A DNA stretch of 64,000 nucleotides from a bacterium (GCA_030647555.1 JAUSJG010000008.1:193467-257466); one strand, 5' to 3'; shown: positions 1-10,048, counted from the first letter of the stretch. The notes: a model not told the origin generated them from the letters alone. Made by a program: numbers and translations.

Positions 1-1
1 C

Positions 2-460
2 AAGTTTCCCGAACGGAAAGAGCCGTGGGTTTGGATGATTCATATGCTCTCGCCATCGGCCTACGATGAAAAACGGTTCAGCGACTTGGTGGAACGCTTG
101 GTGCAATACAATGTCGGCGTGGTTGTTTGTCCCAGTGCTGTTCTCTCAAATCGACAGTTACGGCCGATTATGGCGCCAACGCACAACTCAATCACACGTA
201 TTCTGGAACTTTGTCATCGGCGCGTTCCGATGCGTATTGGAACGGATAATATTTGTGACGTGTTTGTTCCCCAAAGCGATGGGAATATGTTGACGGAATT
301 GAAACTGGCTGGACTTGGTGTGCGATTTTCAATTACACATGTCTGGGCGAAATTGGCGATGAATGTGCCGTTGAATGAAGTTGATCGCGACGCGATTGGG
401 CGCACTTTGTACGAAGATCGGAAGGCGTGGGCGAAATGTGACCCTGCGTGGCCCATTTAG
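2..460 (+). CDS. Partial (5'-truncated by window edge) amidohydrolase, cytosine-deaminase-like C-terminal region
   Basis: The open frame runs to position 2 with no upstream stop. 'RIGTDNICDVFVPQSDGNMLTEL' resembles the CodA 'GxDDVFDPWYPLGTANMLQV' C-terminal metal-binding segment. Confidence 0.35.
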   Translation, partial: KFPERKEPWVWMIHMLSPSAYDEKRFSDLVERLVQYNVGVVVCPSAVLSNRQLRPIMAPTHNSITRILELCHRRVPMRIGTDNICDVFVPQSDGNMLTELKLAGLGVRFSITHVWAKLAMNVPLNEVDRDAIGRTLYEDRKAWAKCDPAWPI

Positions 461-482
461 CGTAACTCTAGAAAAATTGAAA

Positions 483-510
483 CACCGAGGTTATTCCTCG
501 GTTTTTTTGT
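483..510 (+). terminator. Rho-independent terminator
   Basis: Hairpin ACCGAGG-TTATT-CCTCGGT followed by a T7 run. A second palindrome, CTTCGCGAAG, follows it. Confidence 0.7.
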
Positions 511-614
511 TTTTCTTCGCGAAGAAAAACAACCCCGAGCTTGCCCTGGGGTAAGATATATAAAGAGTGTCGGCTTCTCAAGAAGGTGAATTTGTTGTAC
601 ATTAGGCGCAGTCC

Positions 615-2645
615 ATGAGAGTCTTAAACTGTATAAAGAAAAACCGGGGGGTGCTTTTGGAAGCACTGATTATTTTGGTAGTGGCGATTTTGCCGCGACT
701 TTATGGCATTGGGCTTTTTCTCACGGCGGATGAAAAAAATTGGGTTGGCCGTTCGGCAGAATTTATCAAAGCGTGGCGACATTTGCGCATCAATGACACG
801 CTTCAAACAACGCATCCGGGTATCACGGTTTTGTGGGTTTCCGGATTAGCCGTTTACACCGCCCAGCAGGTTTATCATACGGTCTTCAATTTCAACGATA
901 TTTTGAAGTTTGCCGCGTTCGCGCAAGTGCCGATGGCGGTTATTAATTCCTTGCTTGTTGTGGCGATTTTTATTGTTTTACGGAAGCTTTTGCCCCGAAG
1001 TTTGGCGTTTGTCGCAGGGTTGGCGTTAGCGTTGGACCCGTATTTGATCGGGTTTAGTAAAATTGTGCATGTTGATGCTTTTCTCACAGGATTTTTAACG
1101 GTGGCGGTTCTTCTTTTAGTTTTATATGACAAAACAAAATCGCGAAAAGTTTATTTTTTGTCCGCAATTTTCGCATCGTTGGCGATTCTTACAAAATTAC
1201 CGGCAATCGTTATTTTGCCTTTTGCCGGTGTTTTATTTGCTTTTCGAAGTGATTTGTTTAAAAAAGAAGTATTTTGGAAGCAAATTAAATTATATGTCGG
1301 TTGGTTAACGATTGTTCTGGTGTTGGTTGTTATTCTCTGGCCGTCGCTTTGGTGGGTTCCACATCCTTTTGATAATATCAGTCAGGTCGGGAAAGATATG
1401 AAAGTGGCAACCCTGCAACCGCACGATATGGATGAGCCGTATACGATGGAAGCATGGCATTATCCGGCCACGATATTAACGCGCTCCACAATTTCCGTGA
1501 TGTTGGGCGTGGTGGTGCTTATTTCCATGTTGTGTTTTAAAAAAACACGAGAGAAGATATTTCAGATTGCGCACTGGCGTATTTTGTTTTTCCTTAGCTT
1601 GTTTGTTTTGATTTTTATGGTAGAAATGACAATTGGTGCCAAAAAAGGCGATCGGTATGTGTTGCCTGTTTTTCCGGCAATAACGATTTTGGGATGCATT
1701 GGTATATACGGAGCAGTTTCGGTGCTAAATCATAATAAATTATCAAAATATGCGCGAAGTGCGGTTGTCGCAGCATTGGTTTTAGTATCCGCCGGTGTGG
1801 CATTAATTAAATTAGGACCTTATGAATTGGCTTATTATAATCCATTGTTTCCGCCAAACATGAGCCAGGAATTAGGTTGGGGTGAAGGTTTTGATAAGGT
1901 CGCAAAATTCTTGGATGCGCAACCGGATAAAAACTATGTCGCCTCATGGTACCCCGAGGAGTTGGGTGCTTTAACAAAAAAGACCGTTTTGACGATTAGT
2001 GCTTATCAGGAAAATCGAATGGGTTACGTAGTTTTGTATCGCAATATGTTTGGTCGTAATCCGGATCATTGGGCAAATAATTTTATAGATGAATATTACA
2101 AAAAACGTACGCCAATTTTTACGGCACGTGTAAATGGTTTGGATTATGCTTGGGTTTACAGGAAACCGGTCGTGAATGCGATTGTCGGTGAAATTTTACC
2201 AGGGCAAGCAGTTGTGGTTGAAAAACAAATAATGGCGGAAAATTTATCGGCCGTGAGTGTCGCGGTGGCGACATATAGCGGAAAAGCAACGGCTGGCAGT
2301 ATGACTTTGCACGTAAAAACCGATTTAGCGGGGCCGGATTTAAGAACTGTTACGGTTGAAGCAAAACAATTACAGGATGGGGGATTAACTAAATTTTCGT
2401 TTGAACCATTGTCGGGTATTATTGGTAAGCAGGCGTATTTTATTTTTACAACATCCGGAACTTATGAAGGCAACGCGCCCACACTTCGAGTCGCCAAGGA
2501 TGAACCCAATTCATTTTATTCATTTATTAAGAGCGGTGTCGTAAATGAAAAAAATATGGAAATAAATACAAAACCCGGCTGGCTTGGTATTGATTGGTAT
2601 TTTATGCGGAATGGTAAGGAGATTTCGCAATTAGAGGTAAAATAA
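615..2645 (+). CDS. GT-C fold membrane glycosyltransferase, ArnT/PMT (GT39/GT83-like) family
   Basis: Multi-TM N-terminus with a 'TADEKNW' DE motif in the first loop, plus a large C-terminal extracytoplasmic domain. Confidence 0.6.
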   Translation: MRVLNCIKKNRGVLLEALIILVVAILPRLYGIGLFLTADEKNWVGRSAEFIKAWRHLRINDTLQTTHPGITVLWVSGLAVYTAQQVYHTVFNFNDILKFAAFAQVPMAVINSLLVVAIFIVLRKLLPRSLAFVAGLALALDPYLIGFSKIVHVDAFLTGFLTVAVLLLVLYDKTKSRKVYFLSAIFASLAILTKLPAIVILPFAGVLFAFRSDLFKKEVFWKQIKLYVGWLTIVLVLVVILWPSLWWVPHPFDNISQVGKDMKVATLQPHDMDEPYTMEAWHYPATILTRSTISVMLGVVVLISMLCFKKTREKIFQIAHWRILFFLSLFVLIFMVEMTIGAKKGDRYVLPVFPAITILGCIGIYGAVSVLNHNKLSKYARSAVVAALVLVSAGVALIKLGPYELAYYNPLFPPNMSQELGWGEGFDKVAKFLDAQPDKNYVASWYPEELGALTKKTVLTISAYQENRMGYVVLYRNMFGRNPDHWANNFIDEYYKKRTPIFTARVNGLDYAWVYRKPVVNAIVGEILPGQAVVVEKQIMAENLSAVSVAVATYSGKATAGSMTLHVKTDLAGPDLRTVTVEAKQLQDGGLTKFSFEPLSGIIGKQAYFIFTTSGTYEGNAPTLRVAKDEPNSFYSFIKSGVVNEKNMEINTKPGWLGIDWYFMRNGKEISQLEVK

Positions 2646-4657
2646 TGAACAAAAAAAGGATTTTGCTTAGTGTATTGCCGATACTGTTATTTACCGCGGT
2701 TGCTATTGTTTGGTTTTTTCCGGTAATAAGGAATTTTTCAACCTCTGTCGCGGGAATTGGCGGTGACCCCTACCAAACACTATGGCGGTTTAATCGTTTA
2801 GGAGAAACGGTAAGTCAAGGATCATTATTCGTTCCTGAAGAAAAATCGCTTCCGAATTTGGCGCCGCTTCCTTGGTTGCCGGTTTTTTATTTGTTTGGGG
2901 ACGTGGTTGCGTACAACACGGCGTGGTTGGTGTCCGCCATTTTGGCGGGTTATCTTTGTTTTGTTTTAGCGCGACTTTGGGGAGCACAATTTTGGCCGGC
3001 ACTTGTCGCCGGGTTATTGGTCGAGTTTGCGCCGTATCGCATTGCCCAGTCATTGGGCCATTTTGGGGCGATGCAGTTTTGGGTACTATTGGCCGTTTTG
3101 ATTTGTTTAACGGCTTGGTATCGCAAAAATAATCTGTGGTTTTTTCTGCTTGGAATGCTTTTCTCAATTTGGACGGCATGGACCGATCATCAGTTGTTTA
3201 TAGTTTTGATGATAATTATTGGCGTTGTAGCGTTAATTTATTGGCGAGAAACCATTCGTAACGTTAAAAAGACGCCACTTCTGGTGTTAATTGCAGTGGT
3301 GATGGTTTGTATTTCGGTTTTGCCTTTCGCGAGATCGATATTTACTGTTTCCGATAATAGCAACCACTTTAATTTGGGTGGTGTACAGCGCGATAGTTAT
3401 TCCGCGACGTTGCGGTCAGTGCTTTTGCCCGCGCCTTTTTCATTAATTGGATCGCGGGTTTATAGTTTCAATTTGGCGACGGACAATGTGCAGGCGCTTG
3501 GTGTGGTTTTGCCTGTTGTGGTGTTGGTTCTTTTCATTGTGTCCAATAAAATGAAAAAAGATGTTGGGTTTGCAATTCTTATTTTGCTCGGATTGGTTCT
3601 TTCCTTTGGTGCGTCAGTGAGTATTCGTGGAATAAATATTCCTCTACCCGGAAAGTTGTTATTTGAATTGCCCATATTGTCCTCGATTCGTACAATTGGA
3701 CGGTTTGTTGTTTTGCCGGTGATTTTTTTACCAATTTATTTGGCAATCAAATGGGTGGCGAAGAAAAATATATATTGGTTTGTTATTGCTTTATTTTGCT
3801 TGTTGGAAATTATTCCCATTGCCGGTTTTCCTGTTTTAGTAATTGAACATACTAAAGCTAAACAAGTTGCCGAAAATTTGGGTACCGGTTCCGTGTTGGC
3901 GATACCCGCTTATACCAATTACCAATACGGATCAGAACAATTATATTATTCTTTGGATTATCAAAAACCAGTAGTCGGCAATTCGGCGCTTTCGCGCATT
4001 ATTGATCCAAAATCTTTGGAAGAATTTTTGGCGACGCCGGTAATTCGTGATTTGGTTTTATTGCGACTTTCGGATTTTGATTTGCCGACAATATTTGGAC
4101 AGGCCAATAAAGACATTGTTAATCTGGCATTCGCTTCGCAGGAAATTGGTAATGTTTTGTTGGAGACTAATCCATTGGGTGGCATGGTTTCGTTGGAAGG
4201 AAATAAACAAACTACTTTGGATAGTGTAAAAATTGAACAAGTAAAAAAATATTTGCGTGACAGTCTTGGTTTAAAAGAGAGTATGGTTGGAACAAGCACG
4301 TTTGTTTATGGTTTGCCCGTTAGCGGTATCGGGACCGCACAGTATTTTGTAATGGAGGGAAAAGGGTGGCAGATAAAGAAAAAGCTTGCTGATCGTAGTG
4401 TCGTTGAGCTACAAAAAGTTTCGGAGTTTTTTGTTTATTCCACCGAAAACAATGTTTTGGATTTGAGTATGACGGTTCTTGATTCGGCCGGAAATAGTGA
4501 TGTGATTATGCGAAGCGACCAAGGTGAACAAAGGGTATCATTTGGAACAAATGAGCGCATAAATATGGAGCTGGAAACGCAGGCAAACAAATTGGTTAAA
4601 TATACTCTTATACTTGACAAAAACCCTATTTTGGTGGAAAATCCACGGATAAAATAA
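2645..4657 (+). CDS. Polytopic integral membrane protein with a large C-terminal soluble domain (possible GT-C/YfhO-like glycosyltransferase)
   Basis: About 12 hydrophobic segments. ATGA start/stop overlap with the upstream GT-C gene. No soluble catalytic motif recognised. Confidence 0.4.
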   Translation: MNKKRILLSVLPILLFTAVAIVWFFPVIRNFSTSVAGIGGDPYQTLWRFNRLGETVSQGSLFVPEEKSLPNLAPLPWLPVFYLFGDVVAYNTAWLVSAILAGYLCFVLARLWGAQFWPALVAGLLVEFAPYRIAQSLGHFGAMQFWVLLAVLICLTAWYRKNNLWFFLLGMLFSIWTAWTDHQLFIVLMIIIGVVALIYWRETIRNVKKTPLLVLIAVVMVCISVLPFARSIFTVSDNSNHFNLGGVQRDSYSATLRSVLLPAPFSLIGSRVYSFNLATDNVQALGVVLPVVVLVLFIVSNKMKKDVGFAILILLGLVLSFGASVSIRGINIPLPGKLLFELPILSSIRTIGRFVVLPVIFLPIYLAIKWVAKKNIYWFVIALFCLLEIIPIAGFPVLVIEHTKAKQVAENLGTGSVLAIPAYTNYQYGSEQLYYSLDYQKPVVGNSALSRIIDPKSLEEFLATPVIRDLVLLRLSDFDLPTIFGQANKDIVNLAFASQEIGNVLLETNPLGGMVSLEGNKQTTLDSVKIEQVKKYLRDSLGLKESMVGTSTFVYGLPVSGIGTAQYFVMEGKGWQIKKKLADRSVVELQKVSEFFVYSTENNVLDLSMTVLDSAGNSDVIMRSDQGEQRVSFGTNERINMELETQANKLVKYTLILDKNPILVENPRIK

Positions 4658-4660
4658 TTT

Positions 4661-5806
4661 ATGAAGATTCTCCTGATTAACTATGAGTATCCTCCGCTGG
4701 GTGGCGGTGGGGGCATTGAGGCGCAAGATTTGGCGGAGCAACTGGCCAAAACGCATGAGGTGACAGTGTTAACTACCGGTTTTCATAATCTGCCACACAA
4801 AGAGACACGAAATGGAGTAAAAATTTATCGCGTGCCGGTTTTTGGACGCACTGATTTGCCGACCGCTTCTACGGTTTCGCTTGTTTCTTTTTTCCCGTTC
4901 GCGCTTGTGTATGGTTTGTTTTTAGTACCACGAATTAAACCAAATGTCATTAACGCCCATTTTGCGATTCCATCTGGATTACCAGCCGCATTTTTGGCAA
5001 AAATATATCGGATTCCTTTTGTGTTAACACTAATTGGTGGAGACATCTATGATCCCAGCAAGGGCATTTCACCGCATCGTCATGCAATTTTGCGTTGGAC
5101 GATTAGACGCATTATGCGTTGCGCGGATAAAATTACGGCCATTTCTCATGATACGAAAGAACGGGCGATTCGTTATTATCAGGCGCCGGAAGGCATTGAG
5201 GTGATTCCATTGGGGCTAGTTCCACCAAAGGATCTAGTTGCCGAAGCTAGTGTGAAGGAAGTGAGTGATAAAATAAACTTTGTTTCGATTGGTCGGTTGG
5301 TGGCAAGAAAGGGCTACTTTGACTTGTTTCGAGCTTTTGCTGAAATGGAGAAAAAGAACGCAGTTTTGCATATTATCGGCGATGGACCATTGTTGCCGGA
5401 ACTACGAACGGAGATTAAAAACCTCGGTGTCGAAGAAAGAATCGTGATGCATGGTCGCGCGACCGAGGAAGGAAAATATAATATATTAAAAATGTCGGAT
5501 ATATATGTATCGGCATCGCACCACGAAGGTTTTGGGATTTGTTTTCTTGAGGCGATGTATACCGGGTTACCGATTATTACAACCAACATCGGAGGACAAA
5601 CTGATTTTCTCGTTCCGGGACGAAACGCTATTCTTGTTAATGTCGGTGATATCAATAAGCTCACTAAGGCGATGGACCAGTTGGTAATGGATGCGGAGAT
5701 GAGAAAAAATATCGGTGAGGTGAACAAAAAGGATGTTGAAAATTTTTTGATAGAAAACACAACGAAACGTTATGAAATTATTTTTCAAGAATTAAACGCT
5801 CACTAA
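4661..5806 (+). CDS. Glycosyltransferase family 4
   Basis: N-terminal 'YPPLGGGGG' and C-terminal 'EGFGICFLEAMYTGLPIITTNIGGQTDFL' GT4 EX7E motif. Confidence 0.85.
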   Translation: MKILLINYEYPPLGGGGGIEAQDLAEQLAKTHEVTVLTTGFHNLPHKETRNGVKIYRVPVFGRTDLPTASTVSLVSFFPFALVYGLFLVPRIKPNVINAHFAIPSGLPAAFLAKIYRIPFVLTLIGGDIYDPSKGISPHRHAILRWTIRRIMRCADKITAISHDTKERAIRYYQAPEGIEVIPLGLVPPKDLVAEASVKEVSDKINFVSIGRLVARKGYFDLFRAFAEMEKKNAVLHIIGDGPLLPELRTEIKNLGVEERIVMHGRATEEGKYNILKMSDIYVSASHHEGFGICFLEAMYTGLPIITTNIGGQTDFLVPGRNAILVNVGDINKLTKAMDQLVMDAEMRKNIGEVNKKDVENFLIENTTKRYEIIFQELNAH

Positions 5807-5807
5807 A

Positions 5808-6917
5808 ATGGCTCGGATTGCCCTTGAGGCGCGTTCATTGTCGACACTCGGTGGTGGCGTGCGTACTTACACAAAAGAAGTAATTAGTAGGATTTTGAAG
5901 GCTGAATCAAGTGATGAATATATTATTTATCACGATAGCAAAAAGAATCTCAGCAGTTTTCCCGGTGCGGAAGAAAAAGTTGTTTCGGTAGGGCACCCAT
6001 TGTTTCGCATCGGTTGGGACTATTTTTTACTGCCACAGGCGTTGAAACGGGACAAGATTGATTTCATTCATTATTTTAAACCGGCGACTACGCCATTTAA
6101 AAAACCCGTCGCGATTGCGACAATGTACGATGTTATTCCTTTGCTTTATCCGGAAACGCAAACGGCAATTCAGTTGGCTTATTGGCGCAAACAGTTACCG
6201 CTTACGGCGAAAACCTGCGCGCATTTGATAACGATATCGGAATGTTCAAAACGCGACATTGTGAGACTGTTGCAGGTTGATCCGGCCAAGATAACAGTGA
6301 CGCCACTCGGGGTTGATTCCAAGTTTAAACCGGTGTCGGAGATCGAAAAAATAGCGATGCGCGAAAAATATCGCTTGCCTGAAAAATATATATTGTATCT
6401 TGGTACAATAGAACCGCGAAAAAATGTCGCGCGATTAATTCGAGCGTTTAATAAAGTGGCCGGTAATATTCCACACAGTTTAGTGTTGGCTGGAAAATGG
6501 GGCTGGAGTTATGAGGATGTAAAAGAGGAAATTGCCAAATCGCCATTTAAAGACAGAATCATTAGTTTGTCATATGTCGAGTCGGAGTATTTGCCGTCAC
6601 TTTGTAGCGCCGCCAGTATATTTGTTTTTCCAAGCTTATATGAAGGTTATGGCTTGCCGCCACTGGAGGCAATGGCATGCGGAACGCCGGTAATTACATC
6701 AAATGTTTCCAGTTTACCGGAAGTGGTAGGTGACGCCGCGTTGACTGTTGATCCTTTGGACGAAGATGCTTTAAGTAAAGCAATTGAACGATTGGCTTTG
6801 GATACTGCGTTACAAAACGAATTAAGTGAAAAAGGATTAGCAAGAGCAAAACAATTTAATTGGGACAAGACAGCAGAAATGACGTTGGGTGTATACAAGA
6901 AAGTATTTCAATTATGA
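5808..6917 (+). CDS. Glycosyltransferase family 4
   Basis: 'EGYGLPPLEAMACGTPVITSNVSSLPEVVGDAA' GT4 signature. Confidence 0.85.
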   Translation: MARIALEARSLSTLGGGVRTYTKEVISRILKAESSDEYIIYHDSKKNLSSFPGAEEKVVSVGHPLFRIGWDYFLLPQALKRDKIDFIHYFKPATTPFKKPVAIATMYDVIPLLYPETQTAIQLAYWRKQLPLTAKTCAHLITISECSKRDIVRLLQVDPAKITVTPLGVDSKFKPVSEIEKIAMREKYRLPEKYILYLGTIEPRKNVARLIRAFNKVAGNIPHSLVLAGKWGWSYEDVKEEIAKSPFKDRIISLSYVESEYLPSLCSAASIFVFPSLYEGYGLPPLEAMACGTPVITSNVSSLPEVVGDAALTVDPLDEDALSKAIERLALDTALQNELSEKGLARAKQFNWDKTAEMTLGVYKKVFQL

Positions 6918-8227
6918 AAATCGCTTTCCTTTCCTCGCGTTTTCCGCCTGATTTTATTGGTGGTGGGGAATGGTCGACAAAATATATTGCAGAAGGCCTG
7001 GTCGCACTTGGTCACGACGTGACTGTTATTTGTGGTGCGGAAGAAAATAAAGAGGAAATAATTAATGGCTTAAAAGTTAAACGCGTCAAAGCGTTGTTTG
7101 GTCTTTGGGACAAACCGCTTTTGGAAAAACGAAAAAGTAAAAAACTGGCGTTGGTTCTAAAGAAAGAGCTTGATGAAAAATTCGACATAGTTCACGCGCA
7201 TGATTTTCGCACCGCGCAAGCTTTAGCATTATTGAATTTGCCAAACGCGGTTGTAACAATTCGTGATTTCGCGCCAATCTGTGGGACAACTAATAATATG
7301 TTGTTTGACGGTCAATCTTGTAATGGTTGTACGTTGGCAAGTGTTTGTTTTAAGTGTCATCGTGTGCGCGAAGCGTCGTTTGCGCGGAAGCCGTTTAGAA
7401 TTTGGCAATACAAATTCAATTTGGCTTTTCGCAATGAAACATATCAAAATATTAAGAATCAAATTTATATCAGTGAGGCATTGCGTTCGCGCGTCGTATC
7501 ACGACTGGAATTGCCAAAAAATACGGCGGTCATTTCGAATCCAGTTAGTCCGGATTGGTTGCAACCGATCATGTCGCAATTCCCTCCTTTGTTAAATGGC
7601 GCGGCGGGTTCCCCGAAAACATCCAGTGAATGTTTGAGAGGGTGCCAGCGCCGGCACATCAGTGCCGTGCTGGGCGGGGGTGGATTCCGAAATAAAATTG
7701 TTTACGCTGGCACGGTTGATGACTACAAGGGAGTAAAAATTTTAATCGATGCGTTCGCAAAGTTTCAGAAAATAGAAAAAGATGTTGAGTTGATAATTAT
7801 TGGTAAGGGCAAAATCGCAGAATATCAAAAATACATCGCGCAAAATTGTATCGATATATCGATACAATTTGTCGGTAAAAAAACACAAGAAGAAGTGAGA
7901 GAATATTTTGACGAGGCGTTGGTAATTGTACAGCCGAGTATTTGGGAAGAGCCGTTTGGCAGAACGATTATCGAAGCCTACGCGCGCGGTCGCGCCGTTG
8001 TGGCGTCTAATGTTGGCGGAATTAAAGAAACGTTCAAAGAAGGCACCGGTTATTTGGTAAAACCCGGGAGTGTTGATGAATTGCATTTAGCTCTTAAAAA
8101 GATTGTGGAAAACAAAGAAGAAACCCAAAAAATGGGCGAAATCGGCAGAGCATATGTAGAACAAAATTTTACCGCGCAAATTGTTGCGCAGAAATATTTG
8201 GATTATTATAATCATGCGACCAAATAG
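6914..8227 (+). CDS. Glycosyltransferase family 4 carrying a Cys-rich insertion and an in-frame repeat element
   Basis: Start taken at the ATG overlapping the upstream TGA (ATGA) rather than the ORF-track 6860. 'FPPDFIGGGEW' N-terminus and 'EEPFGRTIIEAYARGRAVVASNVGGIKE' C-terminus. The C-X12-C-X2-C-X5-C-X2-C segment lies at 7281-7370 and the repeat at 7579-7692. Confidence 0.8.
   Translation: MKIAFLSSRFPPDFIGGGEWSTKYIAEGLVALGHDVTVICGAEENKEEIINGLKVKRVKALFGLWDKPLLEKRKSKKLALVLKKELDEKFDIVHAHDFRTAQALALLNLPNAVVTIRDFAPICGTTNNMLFDGQSCNGCTLASVCFKCHRVREASFARKPFRIWQYKFNLAFRNETYQNIKNQIYISEALRSRVVSRLELPKNTAVISNPVSPDWLQPIMSQFPPLLNGAAGSPKTSSECLRGCQRRHISAVLGGGGFRNKIVYAGTVDDYKGVKILIDAFAKFQKIEKDVELIIIGKGKIAEYQKYIAQNCIDISIQFVGKKTQEEVREYFDEALVIVQPSIWEEPFGRTIIEAYARGRAVVASNVGGIKETFKEGTGYLVKPGSVDELHLALKKIVENKEETQKMGEIGRAYVEQNFTAQIVAQKYLDYYNHATK
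7579..7692. repeat. Composite hairpin repeat family A/B, copy 1 (left end plus A core), in-frame inside the GT4 CDS
   Basis: Near-identical to 27530-27645, including ...GAGGGTGCCAGCGCCGGCACATCAGTGCCGTGCYGGGCGGGGGTGGATTC. It is 114 bp, i.e. 38 codons. Confidence 0.8.
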
Positions 8228-8279
8228 TTAATTATAGAGAAAGATATTTATTCTTAAAACAAATTTATGACTGAGGATT

Positions 8280-8642
8280 TTGCGTCAAAATATCCGAAAG
8301 GGTTCACATGGTAATAAACAATATGCCTGGTCCGGAGGCCACATGGAATACATGGAGTCTTTTGTGGAAACCGCTAAACGGGAAGTTAAGGAAGAAACAG
8401 GTATGGAAATTGATAATATTAGATTCCTGCGTTTGTTAAATCTTAAAACCTACGCCCCAAAACATTATGTTGATCTTGGGTTTATTGCAGACTGGAAAAG
8501 TGGTGAACCGAAAGTAATGGAACCTGACCGCTGTGAGGGTTGGGGTTGGTATGAGATTGATAATTTACCGCAACCGGTCTTTGATACTATCCCAAGTTTC
8601 TTAGAAGCATACAGGACTGGCCGTAATTTCTGGGACGCTTAA
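8280..8642 (+). pseudogene. N-terminally truncated NUDIX hydrolase fragment (paralog of 16529-16993)
   Basis: Nudix box 'GGHMEYMESFVETAKREVKEETG' present, but the ~35 aa N-terminal β-strands are missing. Only 52 bp separate it from the upstream gene. Confidence 0.45.
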
Positions 8643-8656
8643 AACCATCTTTACGG

Positions 8657-10048
8657 TTATCGATCCGCTTTTTCGAGCATAAAGAATCTAGAGAGGACTA
8701 ATTTGTTTTCGCGGGCCACGGTGGCGATTATTTCATCGCCGTTTTGAATTACTTCGGCTGTGCCATCGCCACGATTGGTGCTGATTAGATTATATATTAT
8801 GTGGCCATTTCTTTGATCTATATCGGCCATTTTCAAAATATCTTTTTCAAAGAAGAGGATTTGGTGTGAACCGGCGTACCACGTTGGTTTGCGAATCGCG
8901 GAGGAAAGGCGGGCAATGAGTTCTGGAGAAAAATGGTTGAGTGGAGAGCGTTTTTCGTGTAGGTTCATTACCCAAAGGTCGAATTCCGATTCTTGCCAGG
9001 CGATTTTGTCTCCCTCTGGTGACCAGCTGACCGATTCTGCGTGCGTGGTAACGTTGTGCCACACTCGCTCGCTGTTATCCCAAACAATTAAACTTTGTGT
9101 TGGTTGAACAAGAATGGCAATATCTCCCGTTGGCGAGTAGATAAGATTGCTGATTGAGTTTTTGCTGAGTGTGGGAGTTTCAATTTGGTCTTGCTCGTTG
9201 CCACTGGAAGAGTAGGTGCGGATCGTGTATTTTTCGGCGTTATTTTCCAGGATCGCAAACCCGTTGGCCGTAAAACTAATTGCTTCCGCGTCTTGTGAAA
9301 TTGTTTCGGTGCCCGAACTTTTAAGGGAAGTAATGATTGCTTTCTTGTTTTTTAAAATAATTAATTTTTCTTCGGTGAGTGTCGCGATCCAGCCGACCAA
9401 TTTTGATTCATCATCCGTTAGCGGGGTTGCGGTGCCGGTACTGATTTCAATAAGATAATGACGGCTGGATTTTCCGGTGGTTAGCGTGAGAGCAATAAAA
9501 TCCTCGTTCGGTGACCATAAAATGTTGGCCGATTCTTTTTTATTGATAGAAAGTTTAACAATTGTTCCCGTATCAGAGTATTTATTAATCGGAACAATCC
9601 TTAATTGATACCCGTTCTTAATTTGTTCAAAGATACCCAGCAGTTGCCTTTTGGGGGAAATATTAAAATTAACTACGTTTGAGCGCATTACATCTTCTTC
9701 AATGTTGAATGGAACAAGTCGTACATCGCGCGCGTCGGTAATCATTGTGCCAATGATGGGCAGGTTTTTCACCCAAGATCGATAACCATCTTTTTCCAAT
9801 TTAATGTTGTAGTTTCCCGGCAGTAGATTTTGAATCGAGGTTGGTGTTTTATTGGAAAGTTTTTTGTCATTGATTGTTATTGTCGCGCTATTGGGAATTG
9901 TGCGAATTAAAAATGTACCAACCGAAACCGAGTTGGGAGAGATGGGCGTGAATCGGTGACCCATAGAATAGCTGATTAGAAAGGGCGCAACCAAAAGAAA
10001 AACCAGCCAAGCAAGGATGTTGACAATGAGGCGAATGCGAGGCGTCAT
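8657..10048 (-). CDS. Membrane-anchored PEGA-domain / TolB-like β-propeller protein
   Basis: N-terminal TM segment. 'GNYNIKLEKDGYRSW' is PEGA-like. Repeated 'WSPNEDFIAL / YSPTGDIAIL / WSPEGDKIAW' blades. Confidence 0.45.
   Translation of the reverse strand: MTPRIRLIVNILAWLVFLLVAPFLISYSMGHRFTPISPNSVSVGTFLIRTIPNSATITINDKKLSNKTPTSIQNLLPGNYNIKLEKDGYRSWVKNLPIIGTMITDARDVRLVPFNIEEDVMRSNVVNFNISPKRQLLGIFEQIKNGYQLRIVPINKYSDTGTIVKLSINKKESANILWSPNEDFIALTLTTGKSSRHYLIEISTGTATPLTDDESKLVGWIATLTEEKLIILKNKKAIITSLKSSGTETISQDAEAISFTANGFAILENNAEKYTIRTYSSSGNEQDQIETPTLSKNSISNLIYSPTGDIAILVQPTQSLIVWDNSERVWHNVTTHAESVSWSPEGDKIAWQESEFDLWVMNLHEKRSPLNHFSPELIARLSSAIRKPTWYAGSHQILFFEKDILKMADIDQRNGHIIYNLISTNRGDGTAEVIQNGDEIIATVARENKLVLSRFFMLEKADR

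Noticed and set aside
214-456. Numerous 60-150 aa antisense or overlapping ORFs from the six-frame track, e.g. 214-456(-), 10369-10554(-), 15033-15566(-), 20109-20618(+), 36362-36778(+)
   Set aside because: They lie entirely within well-supported genes on the opposite strand or in alternative frames, and they show no motifs or RBS.
6860-6913. Upstream in-frame extension of the third GT4 (ORF-track start 6860), and similarly 11268 for the fourth GT4 and 31719 for PBP2
   Set aside because: These extensions overlap the 3' ends of the preceding genes by 58-66 bp. An ATG in an ATGA or TAATG coupling arrangement gives N-termini typical of the family (MKIAFLSS..., MHIGIDGS..., MKINNTG...).
7465-7659. 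Minus-strand ORF 'MCRRWHPLKHSLDVFGEP...' and its twin at 27222-27611
   Set aside because: Both are simply the reverse-strand translation of the composite repeat element. Their shared N-terminus reflects repeat identity, not a conserved gene.
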